NCBI GenBank assembly: GCA_963730155.1
Contig: CAVSQV010000003.1
Coordinates: forward strand, 2,938,496 to 3,002,495
Length of the DNA stretch: 64,000 nt
Reading direction: 5' to 3'
Source: an uncultured Acidobacteriota bacterium
Lineage (GTDB): Bacteria > Acidobacteriota > Thermoanaerobaculia > Multivoradales > JBCCEF01
The notes under the pieces are model-generated. The model did not search any database, was not told where the DNA came from, and saw nothing but the letters and a program-made list of their open reading frames with translations. Position numbers and translations under genes: made by a program. Below are positions 36,897 to 47,277 of this stretch, piece after piece; position 1 is the stretch's first letter, and every line of letters begins with the position of its first letter.

Positions 36897-37387
36897 GCCC
36901 GTGGATCGTCGACGCCGGACCCTTCGTCTTCCTCGCGAAGCTTGACCGTCTGTCCGTCCTGAGAGGACCCGCTCCATCGGTCCTGATGCCGGCGGCAGCG
37001 GCCCGCGAGGTCCTGGCGCACCCGGATCGCGCGACACAGGCGCTCCAGCGTGCGTCGAGCGACTGGCTGGAGATCGTCGAGGTCGAAGATCGCCTCGCCG
37101 CCGGCCTCCTCCTCCCCTCCCTTGGACCCGGCGAAGCCGAGGTGATCGCCCTGGCGAGGGAACGATCTGCGACGACCGTGGTCCTGGACGACCTCGATGC
37201 CCGGCGATTCGCCCGCCGGGTCGGCCTTCGACCGGTCGGCACGCTCGGCCTGCTGCTCGCCGCCCGCTTGCGCAACGAGCTGCCGTCGCTCCGCGCCGAG
37301 ATCCTCCGACTGGAGGAGGCGGGGTTCTACGCCAGCGACGCGCTGACCGCTGCCGTTCTGGAGGCGGCCGGCGAAGCGCCGCCGTGA
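36893..37387 (+). CDS. DUF3368-family PIN-like nuclease (toxin partner of UPF0175)
   Basis: 164 aa. The sequence MSPWIVDAGPFVFLAKLDRLSVL...GPGEAEVIALARERSATTVVLDDLDARRFARRVGLRPVGTLGLLLAA has the DUF3368 pattern (VVDTSPLI.LA.IGRLDLL ... GEAEAIALA.E...DLLLIDD..AR..A...GL...GTLG.L). Confidence 0.75.
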   Translation: MSPWIVDAGPFVFLAKLDRLSVLRGPAPSVLMPAAAAREVLAHPDRATQALQRASSDWLEIVEVEDRLAAGLLLPSLGPGEAEVIALARERSATTVVLDDLDARRFARRVGLRPVGTLGLLLAARLRNELPSLRAEILRLEEAGFYASDALTAAVLEAAGEAPP

Positions 37388-37388
37388 C

Positions 37389-39477
<2,089 letters not shown>

Positions 39478-39602
39478 CGGACCGACGATGTTACTCCGCG
39501 GCCGCGGCGGCGCTCCGGAGGCGGCGCTTCGAGTTCGACCGCAAGCCGCGCATAGCGGGCCGGCCGCGGGAGGCCTATCCTCTCGGGTCAGGAGGCAGGG
39601 CG

Positions 39603-40721
39603 ATGACCATGATCCAGAGCCGACGGTTCGATCCCGAGGCCGACCCCGACGCCGCCTGGGCCGCGGTCGAGACGCGCGACCGCGGGAGCGACGGCCGCTT
39701 CGTCTTCGCGGTCACGACCACCGGCGTCTTCTGCCGGCCGTCGTGCCCGGCGCGCCGGCCGAAGCGCCGGAACGTCCGCTTCTTCGCCGCCCCCGAGGCG
39801 GCCGCCGCGGCGGGGTTCCGGGCCTGCCTGCGCTGCCGCCCGGCCGAGGCCGGCGGCGAGGCCGCGGCCGACCCGGCGCTCGCGCCGGTCCTCCAGGCGC
39901 GCGACTACCTCGAGGCGCACCTCGACGAGACGGTGACCCTCGATCGCCTGGCCGCCGAGGTCGGGCTCTCCCCCTGGCACCTGCAACGCAGCTTCAAGCG
40001 CCGGCTCGGCGTGAGCCCGCGCGACTACGTCAACCAGCGCCGCCTGGAACGCCTGCGCGGCCGTCTGAGAGATGGAGACGACGACGTGACCACCGCCCTC
40101 TACGACGCCGGGTTCGGCTCGGCGAGCCAGCTCTACACCCAGTCCGACGCCCGGCTCGGGATGACCCCGGGCCGCTACCGCGCCGGCGGCGCCGGCGAGC
40201 GCATCCGCTTCGCCACCGTGCCGACCGCGCTCGGCCGCCTCCTGGTCGCGGCCACCGACCGCGGGGTCTGCTCGGTCCAGCTCGGCGACCGCGACGAGGA
40301 CCTCGCGGCCGGCCTCGAGCGCGAGTTCCCGCGCGCCGCGATCGAGCCCGCGGACGACCGGCTCCAGCCGTGGATCGACGCCGTGCTCCGATTCGTCGAA
40401 GGGCACGTCGATGGAGACCTTGCGGGCGAGCCCGCCGCGCGGCCGCCGCTCGACCTCGCCGGCACTGCCTTCCAGCGCCGCGTCTGGCAGGCCCTGACCG
40501 AGATCCCGCCCGGTACCACCCGCACCTACGGCGAGGTCGCGGCCCGGCTCGGCCGCCCGACCGCCGCGCGCGCAGTGGCCCGCGCGTGCGCCACCAACCC
40601 GGCGGCGGTGGTGGTGCCCTGCCACCGGGTGGTGCCGGCGGGCGGCGGGACCGGCGGCTACCGCTGGGGCGCCGAGCGCAAGCGCGCGCTCCTGGCGCGC
40701 GAGCGGGCGGGCCGGGGCTAG
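39603..40721 (+). CDS. ada: Bifunctional Ada regulator: methylphosphotriester-DNA methyltransferase/AraC-type HTH fused to O6-methylguanine-DNA methyltransferase
   Basis: The N-terminal Zn-Cys4 Ada domain is FVFAVTTTGVFCRPSCPARRPKRRNVRFF...ACLRC. An AraC-type HTH lies in the middle (LDRLAAEVGLSPWHLQRSFKR). The C-terminal MGMT carries the PCHRV active site (VVPCHRVV). Confidence 0.85.
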   Translation: MTMIQSRRFDPEADPDAAWAAVETRDRGSDGRFVFAVTTTGVFCRPSCPARRPKRRNVRFFAAPEAAAAAGFRACLRCRPAEAGGEAAADPALAPVLQARDYLEAHLDETVTLDRLAAEVGLSPWHLQRSFKRRLGVSPRDYVNQRRLERLRGRLRDGDDDVTTALYDAGFGSASQLYTQSDARLGMTPGRYRAGGAGERIRFATVPTALGRLLVAATDRGVCSVQLGDRDEDLAAGLEREFPRAAIEPADDRLQPWIDAVLRFVEGHVDGDLAGEPAARPPLDLAGTAFQRRVWQALTEIPPGTTRTYGEVAARLGRPTAARAVARACATNPAAVVVPCHRVVPAGGGTGGYRWGAERKRALLARERAGRG

Positions 40722-40725
40722 GCCC

Positions 40726-43074
40726 TCACAGCTCCTTTCGCCGCAGCCGCAGCGCGTTGGCGATCACCGACACCGACGAGAAGCTCATCGCCGCGGCGGC
40801 GAGCATCGGGGAGAGGAGCCAGCCGGTCCAGGGGTAGAGGAGGCCGGCGGCGATCGGGATGCCGAGGGTGTTGTAACCGAACGCCCAGAGCAGGTTCTGG
40901 CGGATGTTGGCGAGGGTGGCGCGCGACAGGCGGCGGGCGGTGACGATGCCGCGGAGGTCGCCACGGACCAGGGTCACCGCCGCGCTCTCCATGGCGACGT
41001 CGGTGCCGGTGCCCATGGCGATGCCGACTTGCGCCCGGGCCAGCGCCGGGGCGTCGTTGATGCCGTCGCCGGCCATCGCGACGAAGCGGCCCTCGGCCTG
41101 GAGGCGCTCGATCTCGGCCAGCTTCTCCTCGGGGCGGACCTCGGCGAGGAAGCGGCCAATGCCCAGCTCGCGCGCCACCGCCTCGGCGGTCGGCCGGGCG
41201 TCGCCGGTGAGCATGACGATCTCGACCCCCTCCTCGCGCAGCGCGGCGATCGCGGCCGGGGTCGACTCCTTGATCCGGTCGGCGACGGCGAGGAGGCCGG
41301 CGGCGCGGCCGTCGATCGCCAGCATCACCACCGTGCGGCCGGCCTGGCCTAGCTCGGCAGCGGCGGCCGCGAGCGGTGACGGGTCGATCCCGGACCCCTC
41401 GAGCAGCCGGCGGTTGCCGAGCGCGGCGGCCCGCCCTTCGACCTCGCCGCGCACCCCCTGGCCGGTGACCGACTCGAAGCCTTGGGTCTTCGGCGTCTCG
41501 ACGCCGCGCTCCGCGGCGCCGGCCAGGATCGCGGCCGCCAGCGGGTGCTCGCTGCCGCGCTCGAGCGCCGCGGCGACGCGCAGCACCTCGTCCTCGGTGA
41601 AGCCGGGGGCGGCGCGCACCGCGACCAGGCGCGGCTTGCCCTCGGTCAGGGTGCCGGTCTTGTCGACCACCAGGGTGTCGACCCGGCTCAAGGTCTGGAT
41701 CGCCTCGGCGTCGCGGAAGAGGACTCCGTGCTCGGCGCCGCGGCCGGTGGCGACCATCACCGACATCGGCGTCGCCAGGCCGAGCGCGCACGGGCAGGCG
41801 ATGATCAGGACCGCGACGGCGTTGACCAGCGCGTGGGCGAGCCGCGGCTCGGGGCCGAGGATCGCCCAGGCGGCGAAGGTGATCGCCGCCACCGCCAGCA
41901 CCGCGAGCACGAACCAGCCCGAGATGACGTCGACCAGGCGCTGGATCGGCGCCCGGCTGCGCTGCGCCTTCGCCACCAGCTCGACGATCCGCGCCAGCAG
42001 CGTCTCCGAGCCGACCCGTTCGGCGCGCACGACCAGCGAGCCGGTGCCGTTGACGGTGGCGCCGACGACGGCGTCGCCCGGGCCCTTTTCGGCCGGCATC
42101 GGTTCGCCGGTGATCATCGACTCGTCGACCGCGCTCGCGCCCTCGACCACCGTGCCGTCGACCGGCACCTTCTCGCCCGGGCGGACGCGGAGCAGATCGC
42201 CGGGCGCGATCTCGGCGAGCGGCACGTCCTCCTCGCGGCCGTCGTCGCCGATCCGCCGCGCCGTCGCCGGCGCCAGGCCGAGGAGGCGCCGGATCGCCGC
42301 TCCGGTCTCGCCGCGCGCCTTGAGCTCGAGCACCTGGCCGAGGAGCACCAGGGCGGTGATCACCGCCGCGGCCTCGAAGTAGACCGGCACGCGGCCGCCG
42401 TGGCCGCGGAAGGCGGGCGGGAAGATCCCGGGCGCGATCACCGCCGCCAGGCTGAAGCCGTAGGCGACGCCGACGCCCAGGCCGATCAGCGTGAACATGT
42501 TGAGACTGCGGTTTTTGACCGACGCGACCGCGCGGACGTAGAACGGCCACGCCGCCCAGGTCGCGACCGGCGTCGCGAAGAGGAGCTGGAGCAGCACCTG
42601 GACGCGCGGCGAGAGGAGGCGCCCGATCGGGTCGCCCGGGATCATCTCGCCCATCGCCAGCGCCAGGGTCGCGAGCGCCAGCGGCACCGAGATCCGGAAG
42701 CGCCGCAGCATGTCGAGGTACTCGGGGTTCGGACCCTCCTCGGCGGTCACCGTCCGCGGCTCGAGCGCCATGCCGCAGATCGGGCAGCTCCCGGGCCGGT
42801 CGCGCACCACCTGCGGGTGCATCGGGCAGGTCCACTCGGTCTTGATGGCGGCGGCGGCCGGGGTCGCCGGCTCGAGCGCCATGCCGCACTTCGGGCAGGC
42901 GCCGGAGCCGGCGGCCTCGACCTCGGGGTGCATCGGGCAGGTCCAGACGGCGCCCGGGGGCGCCTCGGCCGGGAGTGCCTCGGCCGCCCCGGCGCAGCAG
43001 TCGTGTCCGGCCGGCGCAACGGGCTCGGCGCCCGCGTCGTGGCAGCAGGCGTGCTCGTGCTTCGGCTCGGGCAT
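40726..43074 (-). CDS. copA: Copper-translocating P1B-type ATPase with duplicated N-terminal heavy-metal-binding domains
   Basis: Start [13 protein letters not shown]. Two CPMHPE...CPxCGM(A)LEP metal-binding repeats are followed by a TM domain with the CPC motif ([13 protein letters not shown]), the DKTGT phosphorylation site ([11 protein letters not shown]), [10 protein letters not shown] and [10 protein letters not shown]. Everything upstream of this start in the 1295-aa track ORF is antisense artefact. Confidence 0.85.
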   Translation of the reverse strand: MPEPKHEHACCHDAGAEPVAPAGHDCCAGAAEALPAEAPPGAVWTCPMHPEVEAAGSGACPKCGMALEPATPAAAAIKTEWTCPMHPQVVRDRPGSCPICGMALEPRTVTAEEGPNPEYLDMLRRFRISVPLALATLALAMGEMIPGDPIGRLLSPRVQVLLQLLFATPVATWAAWPFYVRAVASVKNRSLNMFTLIGLGVGVAYGFSLAAVIAPGIFPPAFRGHGGRVPVYFEAAAVITALVLLGQVLELKARGETGAAIRRLLGLAPATARRIGDDGREEDVPLAEIAPGDLLRVRPGEKVPVDGTVVEGASAVDESMITGEPMPAEKGPGDAVVGATVNGTGSLVVRAERVGSETLLARIVELVAKAQRSRAPIQRLVDVISGWFVLAVLAVAAITFAAWAILGPEPRLAHALVNAVAVLIIACPCALGLATPMSVMVATGRGAEHGVLFRDAEAIQTLSRVDTLVVDKTGTLTEGKPRLVAVRAAPGFTEDEVLRVAAALERGSEHPLAAAILAGAAERGVETPKTQGFESVTGQGVRGEVEGRAAALGNRRLLEGSGIDPSPLAAAAAELGQAGRTVVMLAIDGRAAGLLAVADRIKESTPAAIAALREEGVEIVMLTGDARPTAEAVARELGIGRFLAEVRPEEKLAEIERLQAEGRFVAMAGDGINDAPALARAQVGIAMGTGTDVAMESAAVTLVRGDLRGIVTARRLSRATLANIRQNLLWAFGYNTLGIPIAAGLLYPWTGWLLSPMLAAAAMSFSSVSVIANALRLRRKEL

Positions 43075-43116
43075 CGAAGGAAGTGTAACGCCCGCCGACC
43101 GCGCTACACTTCCACC

Positions 43117-43617
43117 ATGCCCGCGCGCGAAGACTCGGTCCTGAAGAGCCCCTGGTTCTGGGGCGTCGGCGGCTGCTGCCTCGGTTGCGTCGGCATCCCG
43201 CTGGCGCTGGTGGCGATCTTCGGCGCCGGCATCTTCGGCGCCCTGGGCGCGATGTCGCACAGCGACGTCATCGACCTGGCGATCACGCGCGCCGAGGCCG
43301 ACCCGCGGGTCGCCGAGACGCTCGGCACGCCGCTCGAGCGCGGCTTCATGTTCCAGGGCTCGATCCAGATCGAGAACGACCGCGGCTCGGCCGACGTCGT
43401 CGTGCCGGTCACCGGCCCGCTCGGCAAGGGCGAGCTGTGGGTGGTCGGCAGCCGCGAGGGGGGCGAGTGGCGCCTCGAGCGCCTCGAGGCCGAGATCGTG
43501 GCGACCGGCGAGCGGATCCCGATCGACCTCGGCGGCCTGCCGCCGGCCGCCGCGCCGGCGACGCCGCTGGAAGCGCCCGATCCGGCCGCTTCGACGGACG
43601 GCGATCCGGTCATCTGA
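43117..43617 (+). CDS. Membrane-anchored hypothetical protein (possible Coa1/DUF1783-like fold)
   Basis: ATG in frame with track ORF 41482..43617. The N-terminal TM is [41 protein letters not shown]. The soluble domain is ...[79 protein letters not shown]. The family assignment is tentative. Confidence 0.4.
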   Translation: MPAREDSVLKSPWFWGVGGCCLGCVGIPLALVAIFGAGIFGALGAMSHSDVIDLAITRAEADPRVAETLGTPLERGFMFQGSIQIENDRGSADVVVPVTGPLGKGELWVVGSREGGEWRLERLEAEIVATGERIPIDLGGLPPAAAPATPLEAPDPAASTDGDPVI

Positions 43618-43644
43618 CCACGGCCGCCCCCGAGCCTGCTCCCG

Positions 43645-44727
43645 ATGTCCACCCTCCTCCTCTTCGTCCTCGGCGGCGCTCTGCTCGTGGCGGGCGCCGA
43701 GCTCCTGGTGCGCGGCGCCTCGCGGCTGGCGGTGGCGGCGGGGATCTCGCCGCTGGTCGTCGGCCTGACCGTGGTCGCCTTCGGCACCAGCGCGCCGGAG
43801 CTGGCGGTGACGGTGGGCGCGGCGGTGACCGGCCAGGCCGACGTCGCGCTCGGCAACGTCGTCGGCAGCAACATCGGCAACGTCCTCCTGATCCTCGGCC
43901 TCTCCGCCGCGGTGGCGCCGCTGGTGGTGGCGCAGCGGCTGGTCTGGATCGAGGTGCCGCTGATGATCGGCGTCTCGGTCGTCACGCTGCTCTTCGCGCT
44001 CGACGGCCGGATCGGCCGGATCGAGGGGCTCCTCCTCTTCGCCGGCATCGTCGCCTACACCGTCTTCGCGGTCCGCCGCAGCCGGCGCGAGAGCGCGGCC
44101 GTGCGCGCGGAGTACCGCGAGGAGTTCGGGCGCGCCGGCCGGAGCCGTTGGGCCTGGGCGGTCGACTGCGCGATGGTGCTCGCCGGGCTGGCGCTCCTGG
44201 TCCTCGGCGCCCACTGGCTGGTCGAGGGCGCGGTCGCCGTGGCCGAGGCGCTCGGGGTCAGCGAGCTGGTGATCGGCCTGACCGTGGTCGCGATCGGCAC
44301 CTCGCTCCCGGAGCTCGCGACCTCGGTACTCGCCTCGCTCCGCGGCGAGCGCGACATCGCGGTCGGCAACGTCGTCGGCAGCAACCTCTTCAACCTCCTG
44401 GCGGTGCTCGGCCTGGGGAGCGCGCTCGCGCCGGACGGCATCGCGGTGCCGCGCGCGGCGCTGACCTTCGACCTGCCGGTGATGATCGCGGTCGCCGTCG
44501 CCTGCCTGCCGATCTTCTTCACCGGCCACGCCATCTCGCGCTGGGAGGGGTGGCTGTTCATCGCCTACTACGGCGCCTACACCGCCTTCCTGATCCTCGA
44601 CTCCGCGAGCCACGACGCGCTGCCGGCGTTCTCCGCCATGCTCGCCTGGTTCGCGCTGCCGCTGACCGCGGTGACCCTGGCGATGCTGACCTGGCGCGCC
44701 GCGCGGGCCGGCCGCGGCGGCGATTAG
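43645..44727 (+). CDS. Ca2+/cation antiporter (CaCA family, YrbG-like)
   Basis: 360 aa. Two alpha-repeat regions carry GTSAPELAV.. and [10 protein letters not shown].. motifs. About 10 TM helices are predicted. Confidence 0.8.
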   Translation: MSTLLLFVLGGALLVAGAELLVRGASRLAVAAGISPLVVGLTVVAFGTSAPELAVTVGAAVTGQADVALGNVVGSNIGNVLLILGLSAAVAPLVVAQRLVWIEVPLMIGVSVVTLLFALDGRIGRIEGLLLFAGIVAYTVFAVRRSRRESAAVRAEYREEFGRAGRSRWAWAVDCAMVLAGLALLVLGAHWLVEGAVAVAEALGVSELVIGLTVVAIGTSLPELATSVLASLRGERDIAVGNVVGSNLFNLLAVLGLGSALAPDGIAVPRAALTFDLPVMIAVAVACLPIFFTGHAISRWEGWLFIAYYGAYTAFLILDSASHDALPAFSAMLAWFALPLTAVTLAMLTWRAARAGRGGD

Positions 44728-44771
44728 CGATCGACCGGCGACGGCCTAGACCTCGCCCCGGAGGGTTCCCG

Positions 44772-45104
44772 ATGGAGCACACCGAGCCGCCGCCCCGAAC
44801 GCCGGGCCTGTCCGCCTCCCGCCGCGCCCGCGTGCTTCGCCACCCCACCACCGAGGCGCGCAGCGCGATCGCCCGCGGCGCGACCGCGGTCGGTGCCGCC
44901 GGCACCGGCGCCGCCGCGACCGGCGCCCTCGCCCTCGGCGCCCTCGCCGTCGGCGCGCTGGCGATCGGCTGGCTGGCGGTCCGCCGCCTGACCGTGCGCG
45001 AGGCGCGCTTCGGCAAGGTGACGATCGAGGAGCTGGAGGTCGGCCGGCTCAAGGTGCGCGAGATCGAGCGCGGCGGCGAGCTGCTCGGCGGCCCCGGGCG
45101 CTGA
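44772..45104 (+). CDS. Small hypothetical membrane protein
   Basis: GGAGGG lies ~8 nt upstream of ATG. The sequence is MEHTEPPPRTPGLSASRRARVLRHPTTEARSAIARGATAVGAAGTGAAATGALALGALAVGALAIGWLAVRRLTVREARFGKVTIEELEVGRLKVREIERGG. This is a weak call. Confidence 0.3.
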   Translation: MEHTEPPPRTPGLSASRRARVLRHPTTEARSAIARGATAVGAAGTGAAATGALALGALAVGALAIGWLAVRRLTVREARFGKVTIEELEVGRLKVREIERGGELLGGPGR

Positions 45105-45106
45105 CC

Positions 45107-45541
45107 TCACCGGCGCTCCGGCCAGTAGAGGGCGATCTCCCGCTCGGTCGGGATCGCGAGCGCGATCGGCCCCAGATCCCGGCGCTCCTCGGCGAGCCGC
45201 AGCTCGTCCAGGACGTCGACCATCGCGCCGTAGGGCGCGGCGGGCCGGGCATGGACGATCACCGGCTTCTCGGGCGCGGCAGCGAGGATGGGCGCGAGAT
45301 GTCCGACCAGCTCGCCGAGCGGCATGCCGCGGCCGTCGACGGAGAGCCCGCCGTCGGCGCCCACCTCCACGAACACCGATTCGAGCGGCTCGACCTCGCC
45401 CTCGATCTCGTCGGAGAACCGGAGATCGAGCCCGGCGGTCGTCGCGAAGGTCGCGGCGACCATGAAGAAGACCAGGAGCAGAAAGGCGACGTCCGACATC
45501 GAAGCGGTGGGGATGTCGATCGGGACTCGGAGTCTCGTCAT
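45107..45541 (-). CDS. ExbD/TolR-family biopolymer transport protein (no ExbB or TonB adjacent)
   Basis: RBS ggaggg then ATG (MTRLRVPIDIPTASMSDVAFLLLVFFMVAATF.. is the characteristic ExbD N-terminus and TM). The periplasmic domain is ...LSVDGRGMPLGELVGHL...PVIVHARPAAPYGAMVDVLDEL. Confidence 0.75.
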   Translation of the reverse strand: MTRLRVPIDIPTASMSDVAFLLLVFFMVAATFATTAGLDLRFSDEIEGEVEPLESVFVEVGADGGLSVDGRGMPLGELVGHLAPILAAAPEKPVIVHARPAAPYGAMVDVLDELRLAEERRDLGPIALAIPTEREIALYWPERR

Positions 45542-45609
45542 GGGGCCCTCCGTGGTTGGTCCTACCCGTTCGGACCCGCGGCGGGCCGTTCGAGTTCCGA
45601 GCGTGAGCC

Positions 45610-45638
45610 TTGACGGATCATCCTCGACCACCTACGAT
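45610..45638 (+). promoter_or_regulatory. Sigma70-like promoter candidate (TTGACG-N17-TACGAT) with flanking GATCATCC direct repeats
   Basis: TTGACG gatcatcctcgaccacc TACGAT lies in the 197-bp divergent intergenic region, ~100 bp upstream of the DUF433 gene. GATCATCC occurs twice about 31 bp apart and ACGATCA occurs twice. These repeats are a possible operator for autoregulation. Confidence 0.3.
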
Positions 45639-45738
45639 CACAGACGATCATCCCGGGGCCATTTGTCGGACGCCGGGGATCGCTCCGGAAAGCCGGCCCA
45701 ATCGCCACGCACCGTTTCCAGCGACCGGGAGCATGTAA

Positions 45739-46431
45739 GTGAACCGGCAGACTGTAAGGGCAACCGTCCTCGATTCGCCCCGCTATCGTCTGGCGGAGGC
45801 GGCCGGGTACATCCCGGGGCTGTCCGTTGCTACGTTGCGGAGCTGGGTTCTGGGTCGGACCTATCCGGTGCAGGGTGGAGAGGCCGTGTTCAAGCGGCTG
45901 ATCCAACTGCCCGCCAGCCTTGATCAGCGGCTTTCCTTCACGAACCTGATCGAGGCGCATGTGCTGTATGGCCTTCGCGTCAACCGCGGGATTTCGATTC
46001 GGGACCTGCGCACCGCCATCGACTATGCCGAGAAGGAGTTCGGCATCTCGCACCTGCTGGCCCACAAAGAGCTGCTGGTCCTCCCCGGGAATCTCTTCAT
46101 CGAGCGCTACGGTCAGCTCGTCAACCTCGGCAAGGCCGGCCAGCTAGGCATGAGAAAGGTCATCGAGGCCTACCTGGAGCGGGTACAGCACGACGATCTG
46201 GGCTTCGCCCGGAGCTTCTTCCCCATCGTTCCATGGGCTCCGGGAAGCCGTGACTACCTCATCGATCCCGAGGTGGCGTTCGGAAAGCCTATAGTCGTGA
46301 AACATGGGGTTCGGGTGGCCACCGTTGCCGATCGCTATGAGGGCGGGGAAGATCTAGAGACCCTGGCGCGCGACTATGGGCTCCAGACAGAAGAGATCGA
46401 AGCGGCGATCACGTACGCGCGAGCGGCCTGA
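45739..46431 (+). CDS. DUF433-domain protein (antitoxin-like) with an N-terminal extension
   Basis: 230 aa. The C-terminus ...RDYLIDPEVAFGKPIVVKHGVRVATVADRYEGGEDLETLARDYGLQTEEIEAAITYARAA matches the DUF433 pattern (G.P.I.GTRI.V..V...ag.S.eeIa.dYp.Lt.edI.aAL.YA). Confidence 0.65.
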   Translation: MNRQTVRATVLDSPRYRLAEAAGYIPGLSVATLRSWVLGRTYPVQGGEAVFKRLIQLPASLDQRLSFTNLIEAHVLYGLRVNRGISIRDLRTAIDYAEKEFGISHLLAHKELLVLPGNLFIERYGQLVNLGKAGQLGMRKVIEAYLERVQHDDLGFARSFFPIVPWAPGSRDYLIDPEVAFGKPIVVKHGVRVATVADRYEGGEDLETLARDYGLQTEEIEAAITYARAA

Positions 46432-46888
46432 TCCCGTCTTCTTCGCAGACCGCAATCTGGACTCTCCGTCTTTCGTCGAGCCCCTGCTGGGCGCCGGCAT
46501 TCGTGTCGAGCGTTTCTTCGCTCACTTCACGAAGGACGACACGCCGGATCAGGAGTGGGCTCGCCTGTGCGCTGGCAACGGCTGGCTCGCTCTTACCGGT
46601 GACAAGGACATCGCCTCGATTCCCGAGGAGATCGACGCCGTGATGATTCACGGCGCCTGTCTCTTCATTCTGACCTTCGGTCACGGCACGAATCACCCGC
46701 TTCTTGCCGAGAACCTGATTCGAACGGCTGGCCGAGTGCTGCGCTTTCATCGCCACAACCCGGCACCATTCATCGCCAAGGTGAACCGGCCGAACGCCAG
46801 GGACTGGGAGGCGGGTAAGCCGGGAACCGTTCGCATGTTCAGAAGCTACGAGAGCTGGACCGCCCGCCGGCGCTCTCACCCGAGGTAG
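46376..46888 (+). CDS. DUF5615/Mut7-C-like PIN-fold protein (toxin partner of DUF433)
   Basis: The protein-like core is VFFADRNLDSPSFVEPLLGAGIRVERF...GWLALTGDKDIASIPEEIDAVMIHGACLFIL. The only in-frame start is an ATG 56 nt inside the upstream gene, so the N-terminus MGSRQKRSKRRSRTRE is uncertain. Confidence 0.55.
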   Translation: MGSRQKRSKRRSRTRERPDPVFFADRNLDSPSFVEPLLGAGIRVERFFAHFTKDDTPDQEWARLCAGNGWLALTGDKDIASIPEEIDAVMIHGACLFILTFGHGTNHPLLAENLIRTAGRVLRFHRHNPAPFIAKVNRPNARDWEAGKPGTVRMFRSYESWTARRRSHPR

Positions 46889-47277
46889 ATCCGCTCCAGC
46901 GCCTCGGGGTTACGGCGGAAGATCACGCCGGCGAGGTGGGCCGAGAGCAGGACCGCGTAGAGGCTCACCGCTGCGGCGACGGCGCCGGCGGCGAACGAGA
47001 TCGGCACCAGCCGTTCACGAGGGCTGCATCTTGCCACGGGGGCCGCCGCCACAACCCTGCTCCGCGGCGCCCGTATCAACCCGGGTGGGCGCCGGGAAGG
47101 CTCGCGGGGGCACCCCTGTTGTGTCCCGTTTGATGCGTCGAGGGAGCACCGAACCGTCGAGACCGGGCGAGTTTCCGCCGCGCTAGGATCGGCGGCGCAC
47201 GCCGGCCGCGGCGCCCGGTCGCGGGGAGCGGCCGTGGCGGCGAGCCGCCGGCAGGGCCACCGGGAGAGGGAGAGTCG

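Noticed and set aside
43075-44613. N-terminal 510 aa of the 1295-aa track ORF containing CopA
   Set aside because: That portion is antisense to the Coa1-like and CaCA genes and is Arg/Asp/Gly-rich. CopA starts at the internal MPEPKHEH.
46889-47277. Possible riboswitch or leader RNA in the 390-bp region upstream of the PQQ/halogenase array
   Set aside because: No recognisable riboswitch consensus (cobalamin, TPP, SAM, glycine) was seen. It may hold a promoter or leader, but I could not support a specific call.
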